The position numbers and the translations under genes are program-made. DNA of 64,000 bases from Pseudomonadota bacterium (GTDB lineage Bacteria > Pseudomonadota > Alphaproteobacteria > Rhizobiales > Devosiaceae), in assembly GCA_023433775.1 (NCBI GenBank), contig JAEYTY010000151.1, forward strand, positions 3,715 through 67,714, written 5' to 3'. Below the pieces are notes generated by a model that was not told the DNA's origin, did no database searches, and saw only the letters and a list, made by a program, of their open reading frames with translations. Shown here in pieces: positions 32,653 through 43,029 of the stretch; within the stretch, counting starts at the first letter, position 1; each line of letters starts with the position of its first letter.

Positions 32653-32776
32653 CTATGACAGAATTGATGAACGGGAGTCGTGGCAGTGCCAGACTCGATT
32701 GCGACAGTGCCAGAATCGACAGCGGCACTACCCCAGGAATTCCGGGATTGTAATCTAGATGCCGTGACAGGGTCAC
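32653..32776 (-). repeat. Putative TnsB-binding sites at the dif-distal end
   Basis: Minus-strand GTGACCCTGTCACGG (32762-32776, 12 bp from terminus), TCGATTCTGGCACTG (32705-32719), TCGAGTCTGGCACTG (32684-32698), TCAATTCTGTCATAG (32653-32667); inverted relative to the other end. Confidence 0.85.
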
Positions 32777-32788
32777 CTACAACCGACA

Positions 32789-32793
32789 CCGGC
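32789..32793 (+). repeat. Target-site duplication, right copy (CCGGC)
   Basis: CCGGC immediately after CGACA. Confidence 0.92.
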
Positions 32794-32858
32794 CCGTCAT
32801 CGGCATCTTCCCCCGGCTTTGATATGGTACATCGCACCGATTCAGAGGACGTTCGACC

Positions 32859-33668
32859 ATGCAGCCATCGCGCGACATTTCCCGCCTTATCGAAATCATG
32901 GCGGCGCTGCGCAATCCGGATGGCGGTTGTCCCTGGGACCTCGAGCAGGATTTCAGGTCCATTCGGCACTACACGATCGAAGAAGCCTATGAAGTCGCTG
33001 ACGCCATCGAGCGCGAGGATTTTGCCGATCTGCGCGAGGAACTGGGCGACCTGCTGCTGCAGCCGATCTACCACGCCCAGATGGCCAGTGAGGCCGGTTA
33101 TTTCGATATTGGCGATGTGGTCCTGGCGATCACTGAAAAGCTGATCCGGCGGCATCCGCATGTCTTTGGCGATGTAACGGCGGACGACGCCGATGATGCG
33201 CAGAACCGCTGGGAAGTCATCAAGGCAGGCGAACGCGCCGCCAAGGCAGCTCGTAAGGGCGACACCGCACCATCCCTGCTTGATGACGTCCCTCCGGTGC
33301 TCCCTGCCCTGGCTCGCGCGGAAAAGCTGACCAAGCGCGCTGCCAAGGTCGGATTTGACTGGCCCGACTTCGCCGCTGTCAAAGCCAAGGTGGACGAAGA
33401 ATTGGCCGAAGTTGTCGACGCCGAAGCCTCCGGCAACCCCGCTGCCGTACACGAAGAAATAGGCGACCTGCTGTTTGCCGTGACCAATCTGGCGCGCAGG
33501 GCCGGCATCGACGCGGAAGCAGCTCTGCGCGACGCCAATGCCAAGTTTACGCGCCGCTTCCATTACGTCGAGGCGCGGTGCCGGCAAGATGACGTCGATC
33601 CGGCGCAGGCGGGCCTGGAGCGTCTGGATGGCTACTGGAACGAGGTCCGGGCCGCCGACAAGCGCTGA
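32859..33668 (+). CDS. mazG: Nucleoside triphosphate pyrophosphohydrolase MazG
   Basis: LR.P..GCPWD..Q, EEAYEV, EELGDLL, KLIRRHPHVF, GFDWP motifs. Confidence 0.97.
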   Translation: MQPSRDISRLIEIMAALRNPDGGCPWDLEQDFRSIRHYTIEEAYEVADAIEREDFADLREELGDLLLQPIYHAQMASEAGYFDIGDVVLAITEKLIRRHPHVFGDVTADDADDAQNRWEVIKAGERAAKAARKGDTAPSLLDDVPPVLPALARAEKLTKRAAKVGFDWPDFAAVKAKVDEELAEVVDAEASGNPAAVHEEIGDLLFAVTNLARRAGIDAEAALRDANAKFTRRFHYVEARCRQDDVDPAQAGLERLDGYWNEVRAADKR

Positions 33669-33674
33669 CCGATC

Positions 33675-35042
33675 CTAGAGGTCGGATACGGCAATCCGAC
33701 CATTGAAGCGCTCGAGAAACGCCGTTTTGTGGCGCGGCTCGATGCGCACGACGAAATCAGACCCCTGCTCCGTCGGCTCGTCCCGCGAAATCACCTCGCT
33801 ATGGCTATGGAGCCAGCCGATATCGCTGCCGGCGCTATGCGGCACATGCACATGATAGGTGCGGCTTTTTTCGGCGAGAGCCGCCTCGATAGCCAGTTTC
33901 AGTTCATTGAGGCCCTGCCCGGTCCTCGCCGATACCGGCACTGTTGCGGCTACTTTTCCAGCCGGGCTCGCTGCCGCAAGTGCAGCGTCAACATCACCGA
34001 GCAGGTCGATCTTGTTCCAAACTTCGATGATCGGCGTTGTTTCGGCAGAAACACCCAGGTCGCTCAAAACCTTGAGTACATCCTGCGCCTGCGCAGCGTG
34101 GTCCGGATTGGCGATGTCGCGCGCGTGCAGGATCACATCGGCATCGAGCACTTCTTCGAGCGTGGCGCGGAATGCCGCGACGAGATCGGTTGGTAGATCG
34201 GCCACGAAACCCACAGTATCGCTCAGCATGACCTCGCGGCCATGCGGCAGTTCGAGCTTGCGGATGGTGGTGTCGAGTGTCGCGAAAAGCAGATCCTCGG
34301 CAAACACCCCTGCCCCGGTCAAGACATTGAACAGGCTTGATTTTCCTGCATTGGTATATCCGACCAGTGCCACAATGGGGAAAGGCGCGCGGTCACGCTG
34401 GCGGCGCTGCTGGGCGCGCGTGCGCTTGACCTTGTCGAGCCGTTCTTCAAGCAGCACGATGCGATCCGTAATCTGACGGCGGTCGCTTTCGATTTGGGTT
34501 TCGCCTGGGCCACCCATAAAACCCATGCCGCCGCTGCCGCGCTGCCGCTCAAGGTGGGTCCAGGAGCGAACCAGCCGGCTTTTCTGGTAATTGAGATGCG
34601 CAAGCTCAACCTGCAAAACACCTTCGCGTGTCGCCGCGCGCTCGCCAAAAATTTCGAGGATCAGCGCTGTGCGGTCGAGCACCTTAGTGCCTGCCTCGCG
34701 CTCGAGATTACGCTGCTGAATAGGTGTCAGTGCCGCGTCAACCAGAAGGAGATCGATCTCCTCTGCCTTCACCCGTGCCGCCAATTCCTGCACATGACCG
34801 CCGCCGATAAAGGTCGAGGGTTTGACTTCACGAACGCGGATGACTTCCGAAAAGGCAATGTCCAGCCGGATGGCGCCAGCAAGACCCTCGAATTCGGCCT
34901 GCCGCGCCTCGATGCTGTGATAGGAACTCTGGCCCCTGACATCCGGGCAAATCAGTCCTGCCCGCGTCGGCTTTTCCTGCCGGTCAATGAATTGCTGGCG
35001 GCCACGGACGTGATCGCCGTCTTCATCGTCAAAGTCTGCCAT
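33675..35042 (-). CDS. hflX: GTPase HflX
   Basis: GPGETQIE.DRR, VGYTNAGKS, LFATLD, DTVGF, NKID; downstream of hfq. Confidence 0.97.
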   Translation of the reverse strand: MADFDDEDGDHVRGRQQFIDRQEKPTRAGLICPDVRGQSSYHSIEARQAEFEGLAGAIRLDIAFSEVIRVREVKPSTFIGGGHVQELAARVKAEEIDLLLVDAALTPIQQRNLEREAGTKVLDRTALILEIFGERAATREGVLQVELAHLNYQKSRLVRSWTHLERQRGSGGMGFMGGPGETQIESDRRQITDRIVLLEERLDKVKRTRAQQRRQRDRAPFPIVALVGYTNAGKSSLFNVLTGAGVFAEDLLFATLDTTIRKLELPHGREVMLSDTVGFVADLPTDLVAAFRATLEEVLDADVILHARDIANPDHAAQAQDVLKVLSDLGVSAETTPIIEVWNKIDLLGDVDAALAAASPAGKVAATVPVSARTGQGLNELKLAIEAALAEKSRTYHVHVPHSAGSDIGWLHSHSEVISRDEPTEQGSDFVVRIEPRHKTAFLERFNGRIAVSDL

Positions 35043-35051
35043 GCGGTCCCG

Positions 35052-35300
35052 TCAGTCGTCGGTGTTCTGCTCGGGGTCGAAAAGCTGGATCGGCGCGCCG
35101 GGCATGATGGTCGAAATGGCGTGCTTATAGACCAGTTGCGACTGGGCGTCACGGCGCAGAAGCAGACAGAAATTGTCGAACCAGGTGATGATGCCCTGCA
35201 ACTTGACGCCGTTCACCAGAAAAATTGTGACCGGGACTTTGTTCTTCCGGACGTGATTGAGAAAGGAATCCTGCAGATTCTGCTGTTTTTCGCTGGGCAT
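35052..35300 (-). CDS. hfq: RNA chaperone Hfq
   Basis: [28 protein letters not shown] motifs. Confidence 0.99.
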   Translation of the reverse strand: MPSEKQQNLQDSFLNHVRKNKVPVTIFLVNGVKLQGIITWFDNFCLLLRRDAQSQLVYKHAISTIMPGAPIQLFDPEQNTDD

Positions 35301-35483
35301 TCAGGCCTCTTTGCCGCGGCATTGTTTGTCGCTGTTCACTACGCAATTTTTTGCGTCCGGCCCCTGACGACTGCCGCCCAGTCGCACAAGTGCCAGATTT
35401 ATCAGTCGTTAAGCAGTATTGCACACCTGATCATGCCTGCCTACCCGCGCCCGATGCAGGGCACAATCTCATTTGAACGAATT

Positions 35484-36866
35484 TCAAAGGCCAAGTGACT
35501 TTATTTTGCGGTGCAGCGCACTGCGCTCCATCCCGACAAATTCCGCCGTCTTGGAGATATTGCCGCCGAACCGCTCGATCTGGGCCAGCAGATATTGCCG
35601 CTCGAACACTTCGCGTGCATCACGCAGCGGCAGGCTCATCAGATGCGCCGATGCGTCAGTGTCGCCCACCGTGGGCAAGACCTCGCCGATATCGGAAGGC
35701 AGCATGGGTGCAGTGATAATGCCACCTTCCGGTTGCTGGTCCTTCATCAGGATCAGCAGGCGCTCGATGGAATTGCGCAGCTGGCGCGCATTGCCCGGCC
35801 ATTCCTGCGCCTGCAGCACCGCCATGGCGTCGTCGCCAAAGGTGACGCGCGGCAGGTTGTGCATCCTGCACACCTGTTCGATGAACACCGCCACCAGAGG
35901 TGGCACATCTTCGCGCCGGTCACGCAGCGGCGTCAGCGGCAGAGGGACGATGGAGAGCCGGTGGAACAGATCCGCGCGGAACTCTCCGGCCTCAATCTGC
36001 GCTGCAACATTCTGCGAGCTCGAGGCAATGATGCGCACATCGACCGGCACGGCCTGCTGACCGCCGACACGGTTGAACCGGTTTTCGACCAGTGTGCGCA
36101 ACAGGGTGGTTTGCACCTGCTGCGGAAGCGTCGTCACTTCAGACAGATAGAGCGTGCCGCCATGCGCGCGTTCGAGGGCGCCGACCTCGACTTTCAGGAG
36201 CCCGTTCTTTTCCCGGGCCTCCCGACCAAACAGCACGACCGCCACTTCATCGGGTGCATAGAGCGAGGCATTGATTTCGACCATGGGCGCATTGCTGCGC
36301 GGGCTGCGCTGATGGATCAGGCGGGCCACAAGCCCCTTCCCCGAGCCCGAAGGGCCGGAGATGAAAATGCGCGAATTGGTCGGCGCCGATTTTTCGATAA
36401 GGCTACGGGTCTGCTGCAAGGCCGGCGATGTGCCCACCATGTCGATACCCTTGCCGACTGAGCGCTCCTTGAGTTCGGCAACCTCGGTGCGCAGGCGCGT
36501 GGCTTCCATCGCCCGCTGGGTGATGTGGAGCAGCCGGTCAATCTTGAACGGTTTCTCGATATAGTCATAGGCACCGCGCCGGATGGCCGACACGGCTGTC
36601 TCGACATTGCCGTGGCCGGAAATCATCACCACAGGCATATCCGGGTGCTGGCTCTGGAACACGTCGAGCAATTGCAGACCGTCGAGCCGCGACCCCTGCA
36701 TCCATATGTCGAGGAAAACCAGGCTAGGACGACGGCGGCCTATCTCGTTGAGCCCGCTATCGGCGTCGTGGGCCTGACGGGTTTCATAGCCTTCGTCTTC
36801 GAGAATGCCCGCGATGAGGTCGCGGATGTCATCTTCATCGTCAATGATTAGAATATCGAGTGCCAT
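35484..36866 (-). CDS. ntrX: Response regulator NtrX
   Basis: Receiver + AAA+ + HTH; LDIWMQGSRLDG; FGGNISKTAEFVGMERSALHRK; follows ntrY. Confidence 0.95.
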   Translation of the reverse strand: MALDILIIDDEDDIRDLIAGILEDEGYETRQAHDADSGLNEIGRRRPSLVFLDIWMQGSRLDGLQLLDVFQSQHPDMPVVMISGHGNVETAVSAIRRGAYDYIEKPFKIDRLLHITQRAMEATRLRTEVAELKERSVGKGIDMVGTSPALQQTRSLIEKSAPTNSRIFISGPSGSGKGLVARLIHQRSPRSNAPMVEINASLYAPDEVAVVLFGREAREKNGLLKVEVGALERAHGGTLYLSEVTTLPQQVQTTLLRTLVENRFNRVGGQQAVPVDVRIIASSSQNVAAQIEAGEFRADLFHRLSIVPLPLTPLRDRREDVPPLVAVFIEQVCRMHNLPRVTFGDDAMAVLQAQEWPGNARQLRNSIERLLILMKDQQPEGGIITAPMLPSDIGEVLPTVGDTDASAHLMSLPLRDAREVFERQYLLAQIERFGGNISKTAEFVGMERSALHRKIKSLGL

Positions 36867-39199
36867 TAGTTGTGAACCACCGCCTGCGTCGGCGGCTCCT
36901 CCTGTTGGGGTGGCAATTCCTGCGCCGACGTTCCGGCGCCACCCTCCGCTTTGGTCTTTTCAGGTGATTGGAGCGGCAATGTGAAGGTCACACATGCCCC
37001 TACCCTGCCCGTTGCGTCGGGCTCAGCGTCGATCAGCTCAACGATACCGCCGTGCTGTTCAATAATTCGCGCGACAATGGCAAGGCCCAGTCCCGTGCCT
37101 TTTTCACGCGTTGTCATATAGGGCTCGAGCAGTCGCTGACGATTTTCACTGGGCCAGCCCTTACCATTGTCGGATACCGAAATTCGGGCGTGATTGTCTT
37201 CTATGTGCCCTTCGACGGTGATGACCGGTTGCCAGTCCGGCTCCAGCGCCAGCCCCTCAAAGGCCTCCACCGCATTCTTGATCAGATTAGTCAATGTCTG
37301 GGAGACGAGCCTTGTGTCGAACCAGGCGTGAATGGCCTCGTCCGGCAGGAGCGTGACGATGTTGACCTCAGGCAGGCGCACGCTCTCGAGAAACACAGCC
37401 TGGCGGATTGTATCGCTAAGATCAGCCATTTCCGGCGCCGATTCCGGCATCCGCGCAAAAGCCGAAAACTCGTCGACCATACGACCAATGTCGCCAACCT
37501 GGCGCACAATGGTATTGATGCATTTGTCGAAAACTTCCCGGTCATCCTCCAGCTTGCTGCCATAGCGACGGCGCAGGCGTTCCGCGGACAATTGAATGGG
37601 CGTGAGCGGGTTCTTGATTTCATGGGCAATGCGGCGCGCCACATCCGCCCAGGCACTGGTTCGCTGCGCCGACTCGAGATCCGTAATGTCGTCGAAGGTG
37701 AGCACATAGCCCTTGGATTCGGTGATCGAACCTTCGCGGGTGAGCTGCATCTGGTAGATGCGCCGGTTGGTTTCATTGCCGAGCTGGATCTGGTCGCGCA
37801 CCTGGCCGCGCCGGGCCGAACGCACCTTTTCCATGGTGGTCGCCATCTCGGGCAAAATGGTCTCCATCATTTCGCCCATCAGCTCGATTTCGGTCTTGCC
37901 CAGCATCTGACAGGCGCGCGCATTGGCAAGGTTGATCGCGCCAAAGGGATCGAGCCCGATAATGCCCGCCGAAACGCCTTCAACCACGGCTTCGGTAAAC
38001 TGGCGGCGCTTCTCATTGACTTCATTCGCTTGTAGCAGCGCTTCACGTTGGCTCTTGAGCTGTTCGGTCATGCGGTTGAAGCCATTGGTCAGGTCACGAA
38101 GATCGCCCCTGCCCTCCTGCACCGGCACCATGACCTCAAGGTCACCCTGGCTCACGCGCCGCGAAGCAATCATCAGGTTTCTAATGGGGCCGACAAAGCG
38201 GTTGGCAAGTGCGATACCAATCCACAGCGCCGCCAGCAGCAAGACCACGGCCAGGCCGACATACATGATGGTGAAGGTGATCTGGAACACCAGCCGGTTC
38301 GAGGCATATTCCCGGTATTCGGTGATGTTCTCGTCGGTCAGCCGCATATATTCGAGCACTTCGGCGTCGACCGGGCGCGCCACGAAAAGATAGATCTCGT
38401 TGTAGTCCCGCAGCTTGATGACCGAGCCGACCAGATTGGTGGACCCTGGAGCGATGGCAGTGGGAATACCCTCCACCACACCCTGGGTGATGCCGGCAGG
38501 CAGCCTCGGATAGGCGCCGGCCACATTGATCTGCGCCCGCATCAGCGTATTGCCGTCGCGGTCGATGAGCGAGGTGAATGGCAGGGATCGCGTGATGGCG
38601 AGAGCCGTCAGGACACGCTCGAAACGCGTCCGGTCCTCCTCAAAAGTCGCGTGCGCCTGCTCCAACTCCGTCGCCACCCAGATGATATCGTCGCGCAGCA
38701 CCTGCGCATGTTCCAGCATGTAGGAACGCGCCACCAACCGCGAGCTCTCCACCATGGCCCTTGTGCGCTCCGAGAACCACTGGTCCAACCCCTGATTGAG
38801 GGCAACCGTCGCCACAACGGCCACAAGAGCTGCGGGCACCGCAGCGACGAAGGCGAACATGGCCACCATGCGTACCTGCAGGCCGGCGCCCGGCTGGCGG
38901 CGCATACGGGCCTGGATCAACAGAACCGTTTCGGTGACCACCAGCGCTACCACCAGCAGCACCAAGATGCCGGTAACCAACCAGATGATCGTCCACACGC
39001 CGGTGGATGGTTCGATATTGGTCGTTCCAGACAGGATCAGGAACGACAGCGACGACATCAGGACCGATGCAAAGACGACCACAAAACCCAGCACGCGCAG
39101 GGGCCGATTATCCTGCATGGCAAGGAAATTCCGCCGCGCCGGCCTTGCTTCGGCGGCGCGCTCCATTTCCCTGTCATCGCTGGTTGAAAGGTCGGCCAT
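36866..39199 (-). CDS. ntrY: Sensor histidine kinase NtrY
   Basis: TM segments, [34 protein letters not shown]; start uncertain. Confidence 0.95.
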   Translation of the reverse strand: MADLSTSDDREMERAAEARPARRNFLAMQDNRPLRVLGFVVVFASVLMSSLSFLILSGTTNIEPSTGVWTIIWLVTGILVLLVVALVVTETVLLIQARMRRQPGAGLQVRMVAMFAFVAAVPAALVAVVATVALNQGLDQWFSERTRAMVESSRLVARSYMLEHAQVLRDDIIWVATELEQAHATFEEDRTRFERVLTALAITRSLPFTSLIDRDGNTLMRAQINVAGAYPRLPAGITQGVVEGIPTAIAPGSTNLVGSVIKLRDYNEIYLFVARPVDAEVLEYMRLTDENITEYREYASNRLVFQITFTIMYVGLAVVLLLAALWIGIALANRFVGPIRNLMIASRRVSQGDLEVMVPVQEGRGDLRDLTNGFNRMTEQLKSQREALLQANEVNEKRRQFTEAVVEGVSAGIIGLDPFGAINLANARACQMLGKTEIELMGEMMETILPEMATTMEKVRSARRGQVRDQIQLGNETNRRIYQMQLTREGSITESKGYVLTFDDITDLESAQRTSAWADVARRIAHEIKNPLTPIQLSAERLRRRYGSKLEDDREVFDKCINTIVRQVGDIGRMVDEFSAFARMPESAPEMADLSDTIRQAVFLESVRLPEVNIVTLLPDEAIHAWFDTRLVSQTLTNLIKNAVEAFEGLALEPDWQPVITVEGHIEDNHARISVSDNGKGWPSENRQRLLEPYMTTREKGTGLGLAIVARIIEQHGGIVELIDAEPDATGRVGACVTFTLPLQSPEKTKAEGGAGTSAQELPPQQEEPPTQAVVHN

Positions 39200-39359
39200 G
39201 AACCGATCCGTACTCCTCGCTGTTCGGCCAAAAAGCCGATTCTTCCAATCGTACGCAGCCAATATGGCCCAGCGAAACGACCGGGAGGCGAAGCGTGACC
39301 CAATTTGGCCGACCCTTCAAGATAATTGTTGCTAAAATGTGACACTCCGTGGCGCAGAG

Positions 39360-39419
39360 AAAACGGTCCGGTGGACCGTTTTCCGCCACGGAGGCCATGA
39401 GAGCTAGGCTCGAATGGCC
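39360..39419. repeat. Third copy of the double-hairpin repeat
   Basis: AAAACGGTCCGGTGGACCGTTTT...AGGCCATGAGAGCTAGGCTCGAATGGCC matches the 18087-18237 copies. Confidence 0.78.
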
Positions 39420-39442
39420 CAAAGTCGATGCAAGCGCAGGAC

Positions 39443-40891
39443 CTACTCTCCCCGACGACTATGCCGGACGATCTCGATGCTATGCGTCCTGATCTTCTTG
39501 CGCAGCGTATTGCGATTGAGCCCCAGTAGGTCCGCCGCCTTGATCTGGTTGCCTCCACAGGCATTGAGCGCCATGGCAATGAGCGGCGCTTCCACCCGGT
39601 CAATCACCCGCTGATACAGTCCCGGTGGGGGCAGATTAGGCTCATGCTCGCGCAACAACTGGCCGACATGGGTTTCAACCGCCGTCGACACATCGACAGG
39701 GCCAGATGCGGTCGATGTCTGCGGCCGGTCCGCGATGTTGAGCTCGTTCTGTACGATATCGACCGAAATAGTCTCATCGGCATAGAGCGCCGAAAACCGG
39801 CGGACCAGATTTTCCAATTCGCGGACATTGCCCGGCCAGGAATAGTTCTGCATCAGCTTGATGGCTTCCGCCGACATGGTCTTGACCGGCTCGCCCTCAC
39901 GCTGCGCCACGCGCAGGAAGTGCTGGGTCAGGTCGGCAATGTCGTCGATGCGTTCGCGCAGCGGCGGCAGACGAATGGGCACCACGTTTAGGCGGTAATA
40001 GAGGTCTTCGCGGAACAGACCCTGGCGGATCATTTGCCCCAGGTCACGATGGGTGGCCGCGACGATGCGCACATTGGTCTTGATGGAGCTGCGGCCCCCG
40101 ACCATGGTGTATTCGCCTTCCTGCAGCACCCGCAGCAGGCGGGTTTGCGCATCCATTGGCATGTCGCCGATTTCGTCGAGGAACAGCGTACCGCCCTCGG
40201 CCTGTTCGAAGCGGCCCGACGAGCGGGTATTGGCCCCGGTAAAGGCCCCTTTTTCGTGACCGAAGAGCTCCGCCTCAATCAGGTCACGCGGAATGGCGGC
40301 CATATTGATGGCAACGAAGGGTCCATTGCGGCGCTTACCGAAGTCATGCAGCGCGCGGGCCACCAATTCCTTGCCGGTGCCGCTCTCACCGGTGATCATC
40401 ACCGTCAGGTCGGTCTGCATCAGCCGCGCCAGCGCGCGATAAATATCCTGCATGGCGGCCGAGCGGCCCACCAGCGGCATCGTATCGCCCGGCTCTTCGG
40501 CCTTGCGCTCGGAGGTCGTGGGCTTCTTGGCGTCGGCCAGGGCCCGCGCCACCACCGAAAGCACTTCGGTAATGTCGAATGGCTTGGGCAGATATTCGTA
40601 GGCGCCAACTTCATTCGCCCGAATGGCGGTCATGAAGGTGTTTTGGGCGCTCATCACGATCATGGGCAGCTCGGGGCGCAGCTTCTTGATCTTGGGCATC
40701 ACCTCAAAGGCATTGCCATCGGGCATGGCGACGTCGGTAATAAGGATATCCCCCTCACCCCGGCTGACCCAGTTCCACATGGTCGAAATATTGCCCGTCG
40801 GGCGCACTTCGTAGCCGGCGCGGGTCAAAGCCTGATTGAGGACCATGCGGATGGCAGCATCGTCATCGGCGAGCAAAACAACATGGCTCAT
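39443..40891 (-). CDS. ntrC: Nitrogen regulation protein NR(I)
   Basis: Receiver domain, [14 protein letters not shown], Fis-type [14 protein letters not shown]. Confidence 0.97.
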   Translation of the reverse strand: MSHVVLLADDDAAIRMVLNQALTRAGYEVRPTGNISTMWNWVSRGEGDILITDVAMPDGNAFEVMPKIKKLRPELPMIVMSAQNTFMTAIRANEVGAYEYLPKPFDITEVLSVVARALADAKKPTTSERKAEEPGDTMPLVGRSAAMQDIYRALARLMQTDLTVMITGESGTGKELVARALHDFGKRRNGPFVAINMAAIPRDLIEAELFGHEKGAFTGANTRSSGRFEQAEGGTLFLDEIGDMPMDAQTRLLRVLQEGEYTMVGGRSSIKTNVRIVAATHRDLGQMIRQGLFREDLYYRLNVVPIRLPPLRERIDDIADLTQHFLRVAQREGEPVKTMSAEAIKLMQNYSWPGNVRELENLVRRFSALYADETISVDIVQNELNIADRPQTSTASGPVDVSTAVETHVGQLLREHEPNLPPPGLYQRVIDRVEAPLIAMALNACGGNQIKAADLLGLNRNTLRKKIRTHSIEIVRHSRRGE

Positions 40892-42027
40892 TTGGCGAAA
40901 CCCTCTTCGGCATCGGCGGGAGTCTGGAAAGCACCGCTGGCAACGGGCAGCAGGATACGGAACCGTGTGCGGCCGGGCCGGCTGTCGCAGTCGATCACCC
41001 CGCCATGATCCCCGACAATCTTGGCCACCAGCGCCAGCCCGAGACCGGACCCATTGGTCTTGGTCGTCACGAAGGGATCGAACAGGAAGGGCAGAATGTC
41101 GGCGGGCACGCCGGGACCATTGTCCTCGATGACAATTTCGAGCGGCAAGGAAATGCGCTCGGCAACACCGGTGACGGCAATGCGGATGCCCGGGCGGAAG
41201 GCCGTGGAAATGTGAATCTCAGGTTTCTGCGTTCTTTCAAGGGCTTCCGAGGCGTTCTTCACCAGATTTAGGAAGATTTGGATAAGCTGGTCGCGGTTGC
41301 CGAACACCGGCGGCAATGATGGATCGTATTCCTCGAAAAACGTCACACCCCGCGCCACACCATTGCGGGCCAGCAGCTTCACCCGGTCGAGAACGACGTG
41401 GATATTGATCGGTTCGCGCTCCAGCGGGCGCTCGTCGCCGAACACTTCCACCCGGTCGATCAGGTGCACGATGCGGTCAGTTTCCTCGCGGATCAGCCGT
41501 GCCAGCGGAATCTCCTCCGATGGCACCGACTGTTCGAGCAATTGTGCCGCCCCGCGAATGCCCGAAAGCGGGTTCTTGATTTCATGCGCCAGCATGGACG
41601 CGAGACCAGTCACCGAACGCGCCGCGCCACGCGACACCATTTGCCGATCAATCTTGTCGGCCATGGTCCGCTCCTGGATAAGCATGGCCACGCGACCATC
41701 GGAATCAGAGAGCGGGCTGGCGAACACGTCCGCAATGCGTTCATCGCCGAACCGGGACGAGCCTATCCGCACCCTGTATTCAGTCATCGGACCACGGCGC
41801 TGAACGACTGTCTCCACCAGCGAAATGATCGGGGAACCGAACGCAATCAAATCATCAAGCTTCTGCCGGCGTAACACACTGAGCGAGGCGCCAAAAAACG
41901 CCTCGGCGGCATAATTTACGAACAAAATCTGCCGGTCTTCCTGCAGCACGATGATGGGCTGTGGCAAAGCCTGCAGCACAGCTTTTGTCGGTATAGAATC
42001 CAGGTCATCCGCCAGCGTCATGCTCAT
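40888..42027 (-). CDS. ntrB: Nitrogen regulation protein NR(II)
   Basis: PAS domain, [31 protein letters not shown]. Confidence 0.96.
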   Translation of the reverse strand: MSMTLADDLDSIPTKAVLQALPQPIIVLQEDRQILFVNYAAEAFFGASLSVLRRQKLDDLIAFGSPIISLVETVVQRRGPMTEYRVRIGSSRFGDERIADVFASPLSDSDGRVAMLIQERTMADKIDRQMVSRGAARSVTGLASMLAHEIKNPLSGIRGAAQLLEQSVPSEEIPLARLIREETDRIVHLIDRVEVFGDERPLEREPINIHVVLDRVKLLARNGVARGVTFFEEYDPSLPPVFGNRDQLIQIFLNLVKNASEALERTQKPEIHISTAFRPGIRIAVTGVAERISLPLEIVIEDNGPGVPADILPFLFDPFVTTKTNGSGLGLALVAKIVGDHGGVIDCDSRPGRTRFRILLPVASGAFQTPADAEEGFAK

Positions 42028-43025
42028 GCCGCGGCCCTCCACTCGTCGGAAAACAGCGTCTTGATCAGCGCCAGAACGGCGCTCGGCTGGTCATTGTCCA
42101 GCAGGGTTTTGCGCGTCGGCTTATCCAGGTTCAGATTGGCCGCGTCGGCATACCAATCGAGATGCTTGCGCGCGGCACGGAGGCCAACCTCCACACCATA
42201 TTCAATCAGCATATCTTCGTAATGGGCCTGAATGAGTTCAATCAATTCAGCGCCCTTCGGTGCGTCAGCGACTGGTTCACCTGCAAACGCAGCGCCGATC
42301 TGGCCCACGCGCCAGGGCTGGCCCTGGGCGCCACGACCCAGCATAACCGCAGCGGCCCCCGAGGCCTTCAGCGCCTCTTCAGCGCTTGTCGCATCCACAA
42401 TGTCACCATTGACCACCACGGGAACCGGAACAGCCTCAACCACTTGGCGCACAAGCGCCCAGCGGGCATGGCCCTTGTAGAACTGCTGGCGCGTGCGGCC
42501 ATGCACGGTAATCATCTGCGCGCCGGCATCGACCGCCATGCGTGCAATCTCTGGCGCATTCAGCGCATCATCATCCCAGCCCAGCCGCATCTTGACCGTC
42601 ACCGGCTTGCTGGTTGCCCCTACGACCGCGTCAAGGATGGCCCGCGCCTGGTCAGGCACACGCATCAGCGCCGACCCTGCATAGCCATTCGTCACCCTCT
42701 TGGCGGGACAGCCAAAATTGATGTCAATGATGTCGGCTCCGGCGTCTTCGGCAATGCGCGCGCCTTCAGCCATCCATTCCGGTTCACACCCGGCCAACTG
42801 CACCATATGGGGCAATTGCCCGGCGCGACCCAGTTTGCGCACCATGCCATCATGCCCGGTGCCCAATGCGGCGCTCGCAATCATTTCCGACACGACAAGA
42901 CCCGCGCCGTGGCGCTCGGCTATCTCGCGAAAGGGACGGTCCGTAATGCCGGCCATCGGTGCAAGGATGGCGCGATTGCGAACAACATGCCCCCCGATGC
43001 TCAACGCGAAGGCACTATCTGTCAC
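42024..43025 (-). CDS. dusB: tRNA-dihydrouridine synthase B (NifR3)
   Basis: LAPMAGITD, DINFGCP, VKMRLGW, HGRTR motifs; dusB-ntrBC synteny. Confidence 0.96.
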   Translation of the reverse strand: MTDSAFALSIGGHVVRNRAILAPMAGITDRPFREIAERHGAGLVVSEMIASAALGTGHDGMVRKLGRAGQLPHMVQLAGCEPEWMAEGARIAEDAGADIIDINFGCPAKRVTNGYAGSALMRVPDQARAILDAVVGATSKPVTVKMRLGWDDDALNAPEIARMAVDAGAQMITVHGRTRQQFYKGHARWALVRQVVEAVPVPVVVNGDIVDATSAEEALKASGAAAVMLGRGAQGQPWRVGQIGAAFAGEPVADAPKGAELIELIQAHYEDMLIEYGVEVGLRAARKHLDWYADAANLNLDKPTRKTLLDNDQPSAVLALIKTLFSDEWRAAA

Positions 43026-43029
43026 TAAC

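Larger units (their letters stand above)
23358..32788 (+). mobile_element. Intact Tn7-like transposon (9,431 bp) inserted beside dif
   Basis: Termini TGTCGCTCGT / TGTCGGTTGT (reverse complement), 5-bp TSD CCGGC, multiple inverted TnsB-type sites, tnsA-tnsB-tnsC-tniQ operon. Confidence 0.95.

Noticed and set aside
32721..32727. Alternative right terminus AGCGGCA
   Set aside because: No flanking duplication; the end at 32788 gives a perfect TSD and matching 12-bp site spacing
23358..32788. CRISPR-associated transposon (CAST)
   Set aside because: No Cas-like ORF and no repeat-spacer array; the short repeats are terminal TnsB-type sites
23298..32793. IMEX or integrase-mediated island integrated into dif
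   Set aside because: dif is intact and not duplicated at the far end, the recombinase lacks catalytic residues, and the boundaries show TGT/ACA ends with a 5-bp TSD typical of TnsB chemistry
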